This document shows, one piece after another, positions 25,201 through 40,200 of a DNA stretch of 59,975 nt. The DNA comes from Girardia tigrina (Eukaryota). The position numbers and the translations under genes are program-made. A model generated the notes under the pieces. It worked only from the letters and a program-made list of their open reading frames with translations, searched no databases and was not told the origin of the DNA. The first letter of the stretch is position 1. Each line of letters opens with the position of its first letter. The stretch lies in assembly GCA_001938485.1 (NCBI GenBank), contig MQRK01245331.1, positions 1 through 59,975 on the forward strand. The letters are read 5' to 3'.

Positions 25201-28200
25201 CGTGTAGAGTAAATTTATTTAAATTCTTTATTTTTATTTCTTTTCTTGAAGTTGAAGTCAAACTAAGTATCCTGTATAGGAGAAGAAAGTTCATTTTGAC
25301 TTTAAGGGTTTAACGGTTATCGTTCGTTTAGAAGATTTAGAGTTTGAAAATAAACAAACTGTGATCTGATAAACTCGCATCGTATATCCGTTTGTGAATA
25401 CGTCTATTTATATTATTGAATTGAACAATAAAAAGCTGTGTGTTATTTTGTGTTATTGAAAAATAAAGTTTTGAAAAAGAATTTTGTGTTCAATCATTTA
25501 TATATTTATGTTGGAAGTCCTTTCTGATTATTTGGAGTCAGATTAAAGATTTCAGATTAAAGATACTTAACTTTAAAGAATAAAGATTTGTGTTTAAAAA
25601 AGTAAATATTTAAAATTAAATATTTCTAATACCCAACAAATTAATAATTAAATTTGGATTATTTAAATATTAGGTTGGTCGAAAAATAATGGCGGTTTTT
25701 GAGCTTTATACTTTGTTTATCTACTTTGATATGTATATAAGTTTAAATGCATTAGTGTTAGATATTATTTGAAATCTTATGCCTAGCTCTATATTCCTAT
25801 AACCATTATTAACATATTTCTGTTATTTTTTAGAATATATACGGTGCTAAATTAATAATAGAAAAAATTAAAATTCGAGCAATTTTCTTGTACGAATTTA
25901 AACTGGGTCGTAAAGCAGCAGAAACGGCTCGCAATATCAATAAAGCGTTTGGCAAAGGAACAGCTTTTGAGCGCACAGTGCAACGATGGTTCCGAAAATT
26001 TTCTAATGGAGATGAAAACCTTAAAGATGAAAAAGGTCGTGGTCGTCCAGTTCCTGTGAACAACGACAATTTGAGGACAATGGTGGAAACAGATCCTTGT
26101 ACAACAATCAGAGAACTTGCAGATGGGTTGGGCATTAGTCATTCAACAGTCCTGGATCATTTAAAACAACTTGGAAAAATCAAGAAACTTGATAAATGGG
26201 TTCCACATGATTTGAATGAAAAACAAAAGAACCGACGCTATGAAATTTGTTCTGTTAATCATCTTTGCAATAAAAACGATCCATTTCTTGATCATATTAT
26301 TATGGATAAGGTCTTCATGACGGATCAACAGGTGGATAGGACTGTAGATGTATATTTTGATGACATTATAGTCGACAGCATTAAGGTGTCAATGGAGCAC
26401 GTGGTATCTATATTTAACAGTTTTGGGTTCGAAACAAAACCGCCGGTGAAAGTAAATGGGAGGCGAGAATGCTAGAGATTATTGAAATGTGATTTCGTCG
26501 GGACGGCAAGTTATCAGATATGACAGCTTACCTGACGTGAAGCAGCTATTTTCGTGGATCAGTCAGTTGGTTGGCCGTTTCTCAGTCGGCAACTGGTTCG
26601 AAAAATGCAGTGTTGGGCTCATTTAATAGCTTGAGACCCGAATTTTTGTATTGCATTTTTTTAAAACCGACTCCTGCTTAAGAATTTATAAAGTGAATGT
26701 TTTCTCAGAATTTCATAAAACAACAATAATGAATAAAAATTGAAAATGAAATATTTTACAATAATACGTTTTATTTTATTAAAATATTTTAAAGTTTAAA
26801 TGACACTGACCCTATTTAGAGATATATTGATAAATTTAATGTATTATAAAAATATTTATGATGATTTTCAGAGGACATCCTTTATTTGATGAAGGAAGAA
26901 TTCTGATAACAAATAAGTTGTTACCTTTGGATAACCAAGAAAACCAAATAGAATTCGTTTATCTTTATGAAAATCAACCAGTTACATGTTACTTCACTTT
27001 GAAATACATAACAGAGGTCGAATTAAGCGATATAAATGAATTTGTGAGGTCTCGTGAAGGACGGAGTAACCAGATGCCACAGGTTTGATTCATAAATTGA
27101 TGTTGAAATTACCTCTGGCCAATATAGGAAACTATCAAAGTTCTCGATATGATTATGAAATCAATGTTTTTAGAAAAAAATTTTATTTCGATTGATTGGA
27201 AAATATTTGATCCGAGTTCTGCAAAACCCATTTCTTGCGGTCCTTATGAAATCCTTGATGGATATTCTATGACCGTTCGTCCTCATATGTCCCAGATCAG
27301 GTTTAATTTTGATAAAGTAAGATTACTATTGGATCTTATATGGAACTTCTACAAATTGAATAAACATTGTTGCTTAATTAAGTTTTTGTACTTGTAATCA
27401 AATAACGATAATATATGAGAATGTTTTTCTCTCCAAATTACAGAAAATTCTTTTTTTAAAAATAAAATTTATGAATTTTTATCTTTGATACAATCTGTTA
27501 GATATTCTGAGATCATGCTCAGAATTATTATTAGAAGTTAATTCAGACATAAAATCCAAATTTTATTATATTACAACGTTTTCAAAAAAAGTGATTAACA
27601 CTAATATTTAAAAAACGTATTTTTTGAGAAACAATTTGTTTTATAAATCTTAAACTAGCATAAATAGAAATACTTATAATATTAATATTTGATTTTATTT
27701 TCATTTTGTAAATTTTAACTTTAAATTTCCTCAATTTTAAATTACGCTAATATTATCAAATACTTAATCCTTTTGTGAAATTTTATTAATTTTAAAATAT
27801 CTATAAATATTCATTAATTATCTTTAATCAAATTTTATAATTTTAAATTACACGAATACTAACAATTATTTAATAGTTTCGTTAAATTTTATTAATTTAA
27901 AAATTTCTTTTACAATGATCAAATAATTACATATTTAATATATTTTCTACATTTTTATTTGTATATTTAATTTGACATCCGTTCAAAAAATTTTATAACA
28001 TTTCTGAATTCCTTGCACAATCTATCCAAATTGCCGATTAATTGATACAACTATGGAAGGAACAGTATAGAATAAAAATAGAGAAGTACATAATATACTG
28101 AAAAAAACAAAAATCTTTCATTACGGATGAAGATAATTATTTATATGACAGTCTTTGTTTCGTGATAAATTTTAATTTAAATAATTTTAAAAAAATAAAT

Positions 28201-31200
28201 GCGACAAAAAATTATCAATAAAAAACAAGCAACTTTTTTAACACAAAAATCCTGACAATTTTTGTTTATGTTTATAATTTCGAATATTTTTTCTATCTCT
28301 AAATCAAACAATATCATTGTTTGTTTTACTGGATTCATTTTATGTAAATTCAAATGTCAAAGATAAATAATTCTAATGTGAAACCGATGTCAAATTGTTT
28401 GAAGTGGCCAAACCGACAATTGCCGAATGGAAGACGGAAGACGATAATCAGAAGAAGACCGATCCGAATGCGGTTCGATTTGTCAAGCATCAGTTCTCGA
28501 CGGATTTCTTGCGTCTGAAAGCGCGTGGAATTGTTGTTGGATAACTTATTAAAAAGTTTTGATTTTGGTTTCATCATGCCTGATTCAGAAAACACAGTGG
28601 AACGAGATCGATGTGATTGAGAATAAATTGATTAAAACTTTTGATTTGGTGTTGTCTGCCGATTGCTTCTTTTTCACTGTGTCTCATGGTGATCTTTCAT
28701 TGTAACGATTGTGCTCGTAATGACGAGGGGGACAATTGATGAATGATCATCAATAGATTTGATTTTTTTGACTTGGTTTTTATTTAATGTATATAAATGT
28801 GCGAAATATGTAATTTGTCAAAAAAGGGGAAAGCCTAATTCAAAATATAAAATTTAAAAAAATGTAAAACAAATAGTGGCATGATGTTATATGTGTGTGT
28901 GTATTTTTTGGAAATCGATCGAGTGTATGTGTGATCACGTGGCCGTTTAAAAAAATCGAATCGAATATGTTAATGTTTTGCCTTTGTTTGAATGAATCAG
29001 TGTAAAACAATAAAAGTTTTTTTGGCGCGATTTATTTTCTTAAACATTGAATTGATTTAACCATATAATTTTTTTTCCTGTTAGAGATTTTTTGTCAGAG
29101 TTTGAATGGCAGAATCGAGGCCTAATTCAGTCAATTTCGATAAGTCCAGTTTCAGTGTCGATTGATCGAAATATTCTTGTGAATTATTGATTGGAAATAA
29201 ACAAGGATAAAACATAAATGTCTTTCTTCCGATTGAATGTCCAATTAAAAACAATCCTAATTCAGAGGAGAATAGCTCCAGGTTCAGTCTTAATCCAAAA
29301 TGGTTCAGTCAACGCGCCCTTAATTTGTTCAGAATGTTACCCGGAAATGCGACAATCATCGGTTGTTATGTGGTGTCGAAAGAAATGCAGTTTCTTAAAA
29401 ATTCTAATATTTTCCAATCGATTTTGAGCGATATTTTTTGTGAAGAAGTTAAATTGAATTATGATTTATTTGATGATTGTGATGGAGGAAAGATAATTCT
29501 ATTGATTAATCCAACAAATTCTCCATTTACGTGTAAAAAAGTTGATTTGTCAGAAGAAAAGTGTACATTCAAGAAGATTGTTACGGTGAGATATGTAGAT
29601 GTGTTTGAATATTATTGTGCGCATTGACGTCGTGATGCCGTCTGAACGAGACAAAGAATTAAGACAGTCAAAAGAGTCCGTACACCTATTTGAAACAAAT
29701 TTTATTTCGAAAACTGTGACGCTCGTTAACAGACAACATTTGAGTGAGGTCACAGAGATTGGGTTTCAAATCGTCGATAAACCATGTGAGATAATTTTTT
29801 ATTTGTCCCTACGACCCTCAGTCCACCCCTCAACCCAGAGGCGCTGCAATCACGTTAGTCCTGCGCCCACTCTGTTTGTCAGTCTTTATTAAGAAATAGA
29901 AGATTTTACATTGATAAAACTTTAATTTTAAGTTTTTATTTTACTCTTCGACATATACACATGTCAGAAATAAATGCCACGAACTTTTAAATAACTATGC
30001 ACTAAAATGACGGAGAAATGTTTTTACTAAATATGAAAAATAAGAAAATTTCTTAAAACATAAAAGTCTCTCAGCAGAATGATTGGAATTAATTTCGACG
30101 GATTTACTATCATCTTTAGATAAAATTTACAATTATAGATTCTCTTTAATATGCGGAAGTGATATTTATGTAATCATTAATTAGTTTATAAATCATAAAA
30201 ATAATTCTAAAAAAGTTGAAGAAGATGGTGCTTGTACATTGGTTTTAGGATCAAAAGATTTTAGTATCAATGTTTAAAGCATCAGTCTCTCCTAGTAATT
30301 ATGAAATTGTGAACATAAAATTTTAAAATTACTTGTATCAACTTAAATATGTAATCTATTCTTTGTGCAATATTACTATCTCTTTTCTTTCTATTATGTT
30401 CCTGGACTCGTTTATAAAGATGACGAAATGTCTCTTCAAAGTATGTGACATAACACCCATTACATTTGTACTGATAAACAAAATGAGAACCGGAATTAAC
30501 ACAACGGATGGCGAATGGAACATTGTTTACCCGGTCAGTCCTGAGAGGAGGAGCGAAATGACTCTAGAAAAGTTCCTTCAGTGGAGGGACTGAAGAATTC
30601 AGTGATTACTGGGATGTAAATTCCTTAGCCCAGAATGACTCACATTGCCTACTAGAACAGAAAGATTTACACACAAATTAAAGAGTGCGTGACATTGATG
30701 TGTACTTTTATTTACTTAATTTTCTACTGAAAATGATCTAGACAGGTGTCCGCGTACGGTGTAATTACCTTTGAGACTTAATATCATTTGAGACTTGTTG
30801 TAAGTATTAGAATAATCAGTGTATTTGTGAAATATTTACCAAAATTAGGCAGAACGGAAGGATTAATATCTTTTAGTCTTACGCCAGTAATTAATTTTGA
30901 AAAGTTAAAAGAAATGAATGTGTCTAGTAAACAAAAGCAACTGGTGGTAGAAGCGCGCGTATTTGATTGAACGTGTTTTGAACGAGAACACAACATTTGA
31001 CGAAACAGTCACATTCGTCACTAGACTTCACACATGTAATTACTATCGGTATAATCTTTTATTTTATATGTAACAAATTCATCACAGTCGGTTGTAAAGA
31101 TTTAACCCTTCTTTGTAGCATTAAGTTTATATTATGAGTGATATTTAAATAATTAAGACATCTATATTTTCCAACATTATTCAAAATGATACTAAGAATC

Positions 31201-34200
31201 ATTCACAACTTGTGTAATATTGCAAGATAGAAAATAAAGTTATTAATTCCGTAACTTTTACTTACATGGAGTTCAGAAACATTCATTTTTGAGATATATT
31301 TTAAGTAAACAAAAAATAAATTAGATGTTAATTATAAGTTTTGTTTAATTTTGATAATATTTTATTCAGACACAAATCGTATGTCACCAATCTTTGAATT
31401 TGAAAAATTATATTGAAAAGCTTCCTAATATACGGGATTTCAACTTTTCCAACAAAAATATAAATCGAGCTTTATACCAGTTGAAAGTGCGAGCTGATTA
31501 TTATAAATCTCCTGAAGGTATTATTTATTTTCCTTATGAGAAAACAAAACCGTTTCATGTTTAATTTTGAGGCTATTATAATCAATAAGTGATTTATCAT
31601 AACTTGTTTTAACATATATATAGTGCTGCACACAAAGTACATAAAAATGTTATAAAAGACGAAACATTACAATTTTACCGTTTGTATTTGATTTAATTTA
31701 CAATGAAGAAGATACAATTGTCAGAATAGAGGAGTTTTTTGTTTATATTAATCCACGATGAGATAATACTGGTATGTAAGTGATTTTTGTGACTTAAATT
31801 TTTGAATAATTAATTTGTAATATCATATTTATAATTAAATAATTTCAAATGATTTATTTATATAAATTAAAAAAAACAAATATTTCGGATTAATAATAAA
31901 AATTGTAATTAAAATTTAATTTATTAGAATTTGACTTTTTGGGAAATAAATAATTTGGAGTAACAAACATTGTAAATAAAATTAGGTTTTAAATAAAAAT
32001 TTTAATATTTATGACAAGTAATTGTAACTCAAAATTTGTATTCAAAAAATAAATATAATCAAATGTTTTTTTTAAATTGAGTTGTAAAATAAAAATCATA
32101 ATGTTTTGTTACAATTAAAATGGTATCAAATTTGTATAAAAAATATAATTATAATTAAATGTTTTTTTAAATAAGGTAGTAAAATAAAAAAATCATAATG
32201 TTTATTTAAAATTGAAATAGTGTCAATTTGTATTAAAAGAATAATTATAATTGAATGTTTAACAAATTAACGAAGAATAAAATATTAAGAAATTTAATTT
32301 TAACAGTAGATGTACCATTCAAATATTATAAAAGATCTAACATTATATTTAAGTTAACTGGGTTTAGATAAATAATATTGAAATAACAACATTTAAATAA
32401 TTTTAGATTACTATAAATTGTTGCAAAATACGTTTAAAAATGATTTAAAATAAAACAGTTATTATTTAGATTTTTATAATGTATTTTGAAGATTTTTATA
32501 AAATAGTAAAATTTTAATATATAAATTAACGTAATCGAAAAATAAATACAATTTTAATTAACGTTTTAATAAATGAGTTATTAGTATTATAATCCAGTAT
32601 TTTTATGTATAATTAATCTGGTAAAAAAAGAAAACAAAAGAGAAGTTCCTCAAGAAAAATTGTTTAAATAATTGTTATTGTTATAGAAATAAAATTTGGT
32701 GTTAATGAATTATAATTTTGATCAAGAACCCAACATTGTATATATAAGAAAATGCATATATGAATACAGTCTTCTACATAAACTTGGAGCGACAATGGTT
32801 TTCCAAGCACAAAGAATTTATTGACGATATGATTCAATGTTAGTTATATATTGCCTTTAACGAATATATGATTTCATCAACGCCCATATATTTTCTAGTA
32901 GCTTGATATCGGGAATTAACGCCGACCACTTGCAAGTTACAATACCGTTACTTTGGAGGATGACTCTCTTCTTCATGCTTCCTGATTCATATAATTGGAA
33001 ACCAACACAAAGTCCAAAGGTCATTCACCACATGAAAGTTTCATTATGAGTTAAGTCACAAGTCTGTGTTATCGTCTTTTCATAAAATTTACCTGTACTT
33101 TGTGTGCAGCACTATAGTTTCAAGTCAAGTTGTTGCAAATCTGAGTATTAAATCAGTAACAAATATATAATACAACTGTTTGAGAATCAAAATTAATTTT
33201 CTGGATTCTATTTCTGATGAGAAGGATGTATTTCAATAAACATACCGAAACACTATCTTAAATAATTGTTTTATGGTCTGAGAATATTTATGCACTGTTA
33301 TGAGAAGACGAAATGTATTTTTCCGAACATTTATTCAACACAAAAAATCGGTAATCTTCTTCGGCTTGTTCACGATGTAATTTTAAAATAACTGCCAAAA
33401 CTACGTTATTCAAACAATTTACGTAATTTACATTAATTTTAATTAATTTTATCTCATTTTGTTGTTTAGAATCACATTTGTTTGTATTAATTAATATTAA
33501 TTAATTAATGTTGGAAATTATTAATATTTTTTGGAGACAATATACCTGGCATCATATAATACATCATTCACAAACGAACCTCACATGCACGATACATCAG
33601 TATTAGTTAAAAGTCTTTGTAATAACCTCAGAATTTCGTGGTTAACATTTTATATTTTTTCTGGTTTAACCTCTTTCTGTATTCTGTGAGTATGTAATGG
33701 CGTGTTGAATGGCCTTCTGATTTTTCTTATGTAGTCTCTTAATTTTTTTATTTTTATTTTTACATTTGGTACAGCCCACCGTTATCGGGGTTTTGAAAAG
33801 ATTTACCTTATCTATTTTATTTACTGTTATTGGGACTTTGAAAGGATTTATTTTATTTTGGAACCACCCGTTACTGTGTGGGGTCGCTTTTTTTGTTAAA
33901 TTTTATTTAATATCAAACAGCATTATATTTAATAATTGCTACAAGCAATTATAAAATTCGAAAATTTAATTTAAAAAATTGATCGATAATTTCGATCAGA
34001 AATAATAATAAGAAATAATTGCCGGCGCTTGGATTTCGGTACGACTAATATAGTAGTAATTTTACGCCAACAACCGAATACTATATTGTTATTAGTAGTG
34101 GGACAATTTGTCGTTTATTTGTACCAGTTTTTTACTGACTAACACGATTATTTATTTGGGCTATCTAACAATTAATTCTCAAGAAGACTCATTTAATCAG

Positions 34201-37200
34201 TATCATTTCAGGAATACAAAAAACAAACGAATCAGAATAATAATTTGTGACTATTCGTCGTCATCTGTTGTATATTTGACAATTTATATTGGTAATTATT
34301 TGTTTGCACCTTGTGTTGTACTGTTATTAAAAGTGTTTAGACGAAACAATTTATATTGTTTACAAAGTTATTTATTTTTAATCAAATTACTAAATTTATC
34401 TAACCGCATCCTGATTAGGTCGGTTTAGTACGATTGTTATTTTACGATTTTTTACATTCCAACATAACGCAAAATATCTGTTAAAACTCACTTTTTGTTT
34501 TTATTTTTTTTTGTTATTGAACAAAGAGTGAGTTTTACAGTCTTCTATTAATTTGTTTCAATTTTCTAGTTGTCTATAATACATATTTTTGTTGTTTAGT
34601 CTACGTCACATGAAATAACTGCCTCCTAGCGAAAAGGAATAGCATTTTCAAAATCTACAACTACAATTAGCTCGCAGTCTTCAATGAATTTTTCATGTAT
34701 CTTCTAAAAAGTGTTTGGATTATTATTATGGTAAATCTTCGCTTTCAGTTAACCCGGAAACCAGTTGTATAATAGATCAAGATCGGGAATAATATTTTTA
34801 CAGCATCTGCTAATCATCTTGTCTTTTGAAAATTAAATAAGTTTTTATGGAAAATGGGTCTTTCGCAAATGCGACCTACTTCTTAAACAGACAATAAGCT
34901 GCAATGGACTTCGTATTGATGCATAATAATATTGAAAAATCTCAAAATGCATTTGTAGATACTATCAAAAAAGTGTTACATCTGTAAACAACCCTTTATA
35001 CTTATGCAAATATGCATCATTTCATTATTTTCATACAATTTTCATTTATAAATCAACATTAAAAATGAATAAAATACAATTTGAAAATTTATCATATAAG
35101 AAAAAAATAATGTGCATGTTTTTCCGAATTTGTGAAACTGCTGAATTCACGAATTAAAATAATATTGAAATTTTGAAATAAACATTTTTAAAAAATCTCA
35201 ATTTAAAATGAACAAATCTCTATTTAAAAGGAAAAATTCTCAATTAAATCGATTATGTTTCTCAATTTGGTAATATTAATGGCCAGTTCTTGAATTCGGC
35301 GAAAAGTGCCTAGTTCATTAATTCTTCAATTAAACAAATTTGGAATAAACTTATAATTTATATACATAAGAAACGTCTTTTAATTTACACTTTATTTTAG
35401 GAAATAATTATTCTCGGTCGTTTGTTCTGAAAGGTATGTATAATAAAAGTGCTGAAGAAGAAATAATAGAGGAAGCAAATCAAACAGTCAATGAGTACTT
35501 CAAAACTAAACATGGAGTTAATCTTCAGTTCCCAAAATTATCATTAGTCGAAGCGGTAAGAAAATTAAAAAGCAAAATCGTATAGTTTAAAGAATTATAT
35601 TAATACTTGTATTAATCTTATATACTGAGCAGTCAAACGCATACACAATGTATTTCTTTAGAGAAATGGAATCAGCTCGTCAACGTGAGCATTTTGATAT
35701 ATCATAGGAATTCTCAAAAAGATATGTTATTATCACGAAAATTATGATTTTTTTCCCAACAATAATTATTTTGTTCCCAAAAATCATGATTTTGATAACA
35801 ACAAAAAAATATTTTATTATCAACAATAAATAAATATTACCAAAAAATAAATATTTTTGCATGAAATGAAGGTATAAAATAGAAGAGCAAAAGGGAATCA
35901 AATCTGATATATACAAAGAATAAATTTCATTATTTATCAAAATTTTATTGATAAAGGTATATCAAAATACTCTATTTCGAAAATCGAAAAGTAAGCGATA
36001 ACAAAAGAAAGAAAAAAGTTTTTTGCAGAAGAATTTTTTCAATAAAGGGCTCAAGTAACAATTATGATAATATTATTTCTTGATGTAAAAAAGTGGATAA
36101 GAAAAATGCTTTTTGTTTTTTAAGCATTTGTAATTATCAGCAATATTCATTTAACACCAAAGTAATAAGAAAAAGAAAAGAAGGAAAAGTATCGTAAATT
36201 CATTTAATTAATTACAGTCATATAACTAATTATTATATGATCATAGAGGAAAATTAAAATATTTGGTTTTCGTTTGATAATACTGACCACTATTGTAAAC
36301 AACCACTTTACTGAGATTACAACGATATGGGTTTTTTCTACACTGGGTGGACAAAAGTGTTGCACAAGTGTAATATTTTATCATATTTTTATTTTCAGCA
36401 GCTGTTCTTTGCAGTCTAGTACATGTGCAGGTCACATAATCTCAACAGCAGGAGCCACATTTACTTACAAGCACTCGCACCCACACTCCCATACACACTT
36501 GCAAACATGCAATACTGTATGAACGTTTTGTGTGAATGAGTGGTGTTAAGAGTTTTTTTGGTAAACTTTAAATTTTTGAAAATTTTAAATTGAAAATCAT
36601 ATTTATAGTTAAGATAAATATTTTTTAATATTTAAATATTTAGATAAGTTAAATATTTGTCTAATTAAAATGAATTTTTTAATAGATTGAAAGATAACTA
36701 AATTTTTCTATAAGTAAAAAATTAATTTTTAGAAAAATTTAATTTTGGTAAAAATGAATAAATAAACAATACGCAAACAATAGTTTAAGAAAATTAAGTT
36801 ATAATAGAAGTTATAAAATTATGATTTAATAAAAAAAACAGATTGAGATTTAATTTTTGTAAAAAAACATTTAAAATTATAATTTATTATACTTAAATTA
36901 TAAAACTTAAATTTAAAAACTTAAATCAATATTTATATTTCAAATAGGATATCTGGTCATGCTAAAAAATGAAACATTGTTCCTCAAAAATTTGTTTAAA
37001 AAATCATTGTTTGTTAGAAATATAATTTGGTGTTAATGAATTCTAAACTTGATCAAGAACCCAATAAGTGGAAAGAAAATCATGGAATAACCTGCATTTT
37101 TTGGCCCCTTACAGTCGCGACCTCAACCCCATAGAAAACATTAGAGATCTTGTTAAAAAAACTTATGCTTAAACTTTCACAACGCATCAAAGGCCTTTTA

Positions 37201-40200
37201 ACTGTTGCACGACATGTTAACACATTGTGGTCTGCTGTCCCCATATCCACTTTTTCATCTTTGTATGACCGTCTCCATTGTCGCATGACCAAGTGTATTT
37301 GTAATAAGGGTTGTCCTACTGATTATTGATATATTGCAATGCGATTTACCATGAAGTTTTCTCTGTACTATCACTTGACAGATTACAATTTACATAAAGT
37401 CTTAAAATTCACATCAGTAAAACACTTTTATCCACCCAGTGTATATGATCTACATACTGAGTCCGATTTCAAATGTATTTGAAAATTTTAAAATTTTTAT
37501 ATAAAGTTCTTTGATTTTAAATCTTTATTTTAAAGAATTTTATTTTACACTGAGAACATTAATTAACACAAAAGAATAATGCTCAATAAACACAATTATA
37601 TTTTTTATTAATTGAATTAGTTAAACATTCACGAAAAAGGATATTTTTTGGATCCAAAAAAATATATTCTTACGAAAAATAAATATTTGACGTTCAAAAA
37701 TAATCAACTATCTTAAAAATGTATACAGTAGGGGACATATTATTATAACCACCTGATATTTTCATGCTTTTTTATTGTAACCTCCTCACACATGTTTCAA
37801 AAGTTTTGTGCAACCCACATCCCATTTATATGCCATAAATACATCAACATGTTTTTTTTATTATTTTATAGAGAGGAGAGTCTAATCCTATTTTCAATAT
37901 CTCCACAATATTTTTTAATCTTATACTATTTGGTACCTGTAATCCAAATTTAGCACTAATACTACATATCTCATTATAGTTACTTTGATCCAAATTATTT
38001 CCACTTTCATTGAATATTTATTTTTCTATTTTTAAGTGAATATTGAAGGTATTTAAAAATTCCATACCACATATAAAGGAAGGCGATACTTCTTCAGCAA
38101 TATAAAATTTAATCAACTTATAAATTTCACCTATTTCATTTTTTAGAACGACAATTTCTATTATGTTTAATGCACTTCCATTAATGCAACTAATATTATC
38201 ATTGTTGCTTTTATTTGGAATTATTCTTAACTTATCAACTACATCCTTCCTCATAACAAGCAAATGTACAAAAAAATAAAAAAACCAACATACCATACAT
38301 CTGCCTAGTCACTCTGTCAAAACGGTGTGATTGGAATTTAATGGGTTGGTATGTCAAAATTGTAAAAAAATTAAATAATCTCAGCATGAAGAGATTAAAT
38401 TATATTAAATTAAATTAAACTTATGTGCCTCTACAGTTACATTTAATTACCATCTGGGGCCTTCCATCAATTTTATCATATTTTATTTTCATATTACATA
38501 ATTTAGATTTTAAAATATTGTCTTCCATATTATTACATAATGTACTTGACACTTTTAATTTTATCATTTGATGCACAAATGTCAGATATGTTACATAATC
38601 GGTCAGTATTACAATTATTTTCTATTGGGTTAATATTATCTAAATTAAAATTAAATATTTTGCTTTTTTTGCTAATTCTTTAATACAGATACATTATTTA
38701 CAGACTTCCTGCGTATTATATTCAGTTCATTACTACTTTTAAAATATTTATTAATATCAATATCGTTATTATAATTATTATTCAAAAAAATATTATTATT
38801 ACAATTATCAAATAAAAAATTACTATTTACACAATTACAATACTTTAAATTAAAAATAAATGCTTCCAAAAATTTCTTACATGTTAACAAATGGCTCCTA
38901 TCACTTCTCGCCTTGATGGAGCCTGATCGTTTGGGATCTGATCTCTTTCCTACTGTTCCCCATCATAAGTCTCGATCTCTTCAAAATTGTCGTCTAAAAC
39001 CGCAATGTTTTGTCTCGTACTTTTGCCATTTATTCCAAAATAATTTCTCTGTTTTTGATAATCTCCTTGTCGTTTCTGCCAGCATTGGAAACTAAAATGA
39101 CCATATTTTTTACAATGACTACACTTTATATTTGGACATTCTCTTCGGATATATCCATCTTCTTGACATGCATTGTATTTGATTTGATTGTTGGGACAAT
39201 TTCTGATAATATGCCCCTCTTTCTGACAGCTCCAACATACAACTGAGTTTCTCGAATGTTTATTGTTTTCATGATTCAATTTTGTACTTTCCATAGGTTG
39301 TTTTACTAACCGTGAATTTGAAAATTGTTGGCGCTTTTGTACGATTTTGGCAAACGTTTCTTTTCGATTGACTGCTGATATTTGAATTGATTCTTCTTCT
39401 CTTTCAATGCTGTCAATCTTCCGAATAACTTCTTTGATCTGCTCCACGTCATTGGCATCTCGTAAACATAATTCCCTTTTGATAGTGCTATTCTTGGTAA
39501 AATGTGCCAAAAATACGCCATTAATTCTTTTTCATCCTATTTATGTGACATTAGTTTTTTAACTAATTTTCCGATTTTATCGAAGTACAAATTTGCTCCA
39601 TCCGAACCCTTTTCGTATGAATATAAATTCATAAAATCTTGTATTAACGATGGAGGTTTGGAAAATGCACTTCTGAGTCTTGTGTCAAACTCCACGATAT
39701 TTGAGTCCACTTCTTCATAGATTGGAATTAAATCTCTGGAAAGAAATGCCTTAACCATAATTCCTTTTAGATCCGGGTCGGTGCCGGATACTTTGAAAAA
39801 TCTTCTGCATTCTTCGATAAATTCTTCTAATTTATTTTCTCCATTGAAAGTTTCGGGAAGCAGATTCTTCCAATAACTAAACGTGTTAGTCGATATCTAA
39901 ATTGAATTAACAATACGAATTCAAACTTGTTACCAAAATTTATTCTGATTAAAACAAAACATAAAACATGCAAGAATTAAATACGAAATAATTGGAACCA
40001 TATTTAATTAATTTTAAATAAATTAATAAAGATTTGAATGATAATTCTAAACAATAATTTGATAATAATAATTTATAATATTTATATTCTTCCTAACAGA
40101 TTTAAAAGCATTAAGAATTCACTTAAAATGTTCAAAGGCGAATCTTCTAGCTCAGTGTTACGTGAGAATAGCCTTTGGGTCACGAGAATTGGTGTTAATG

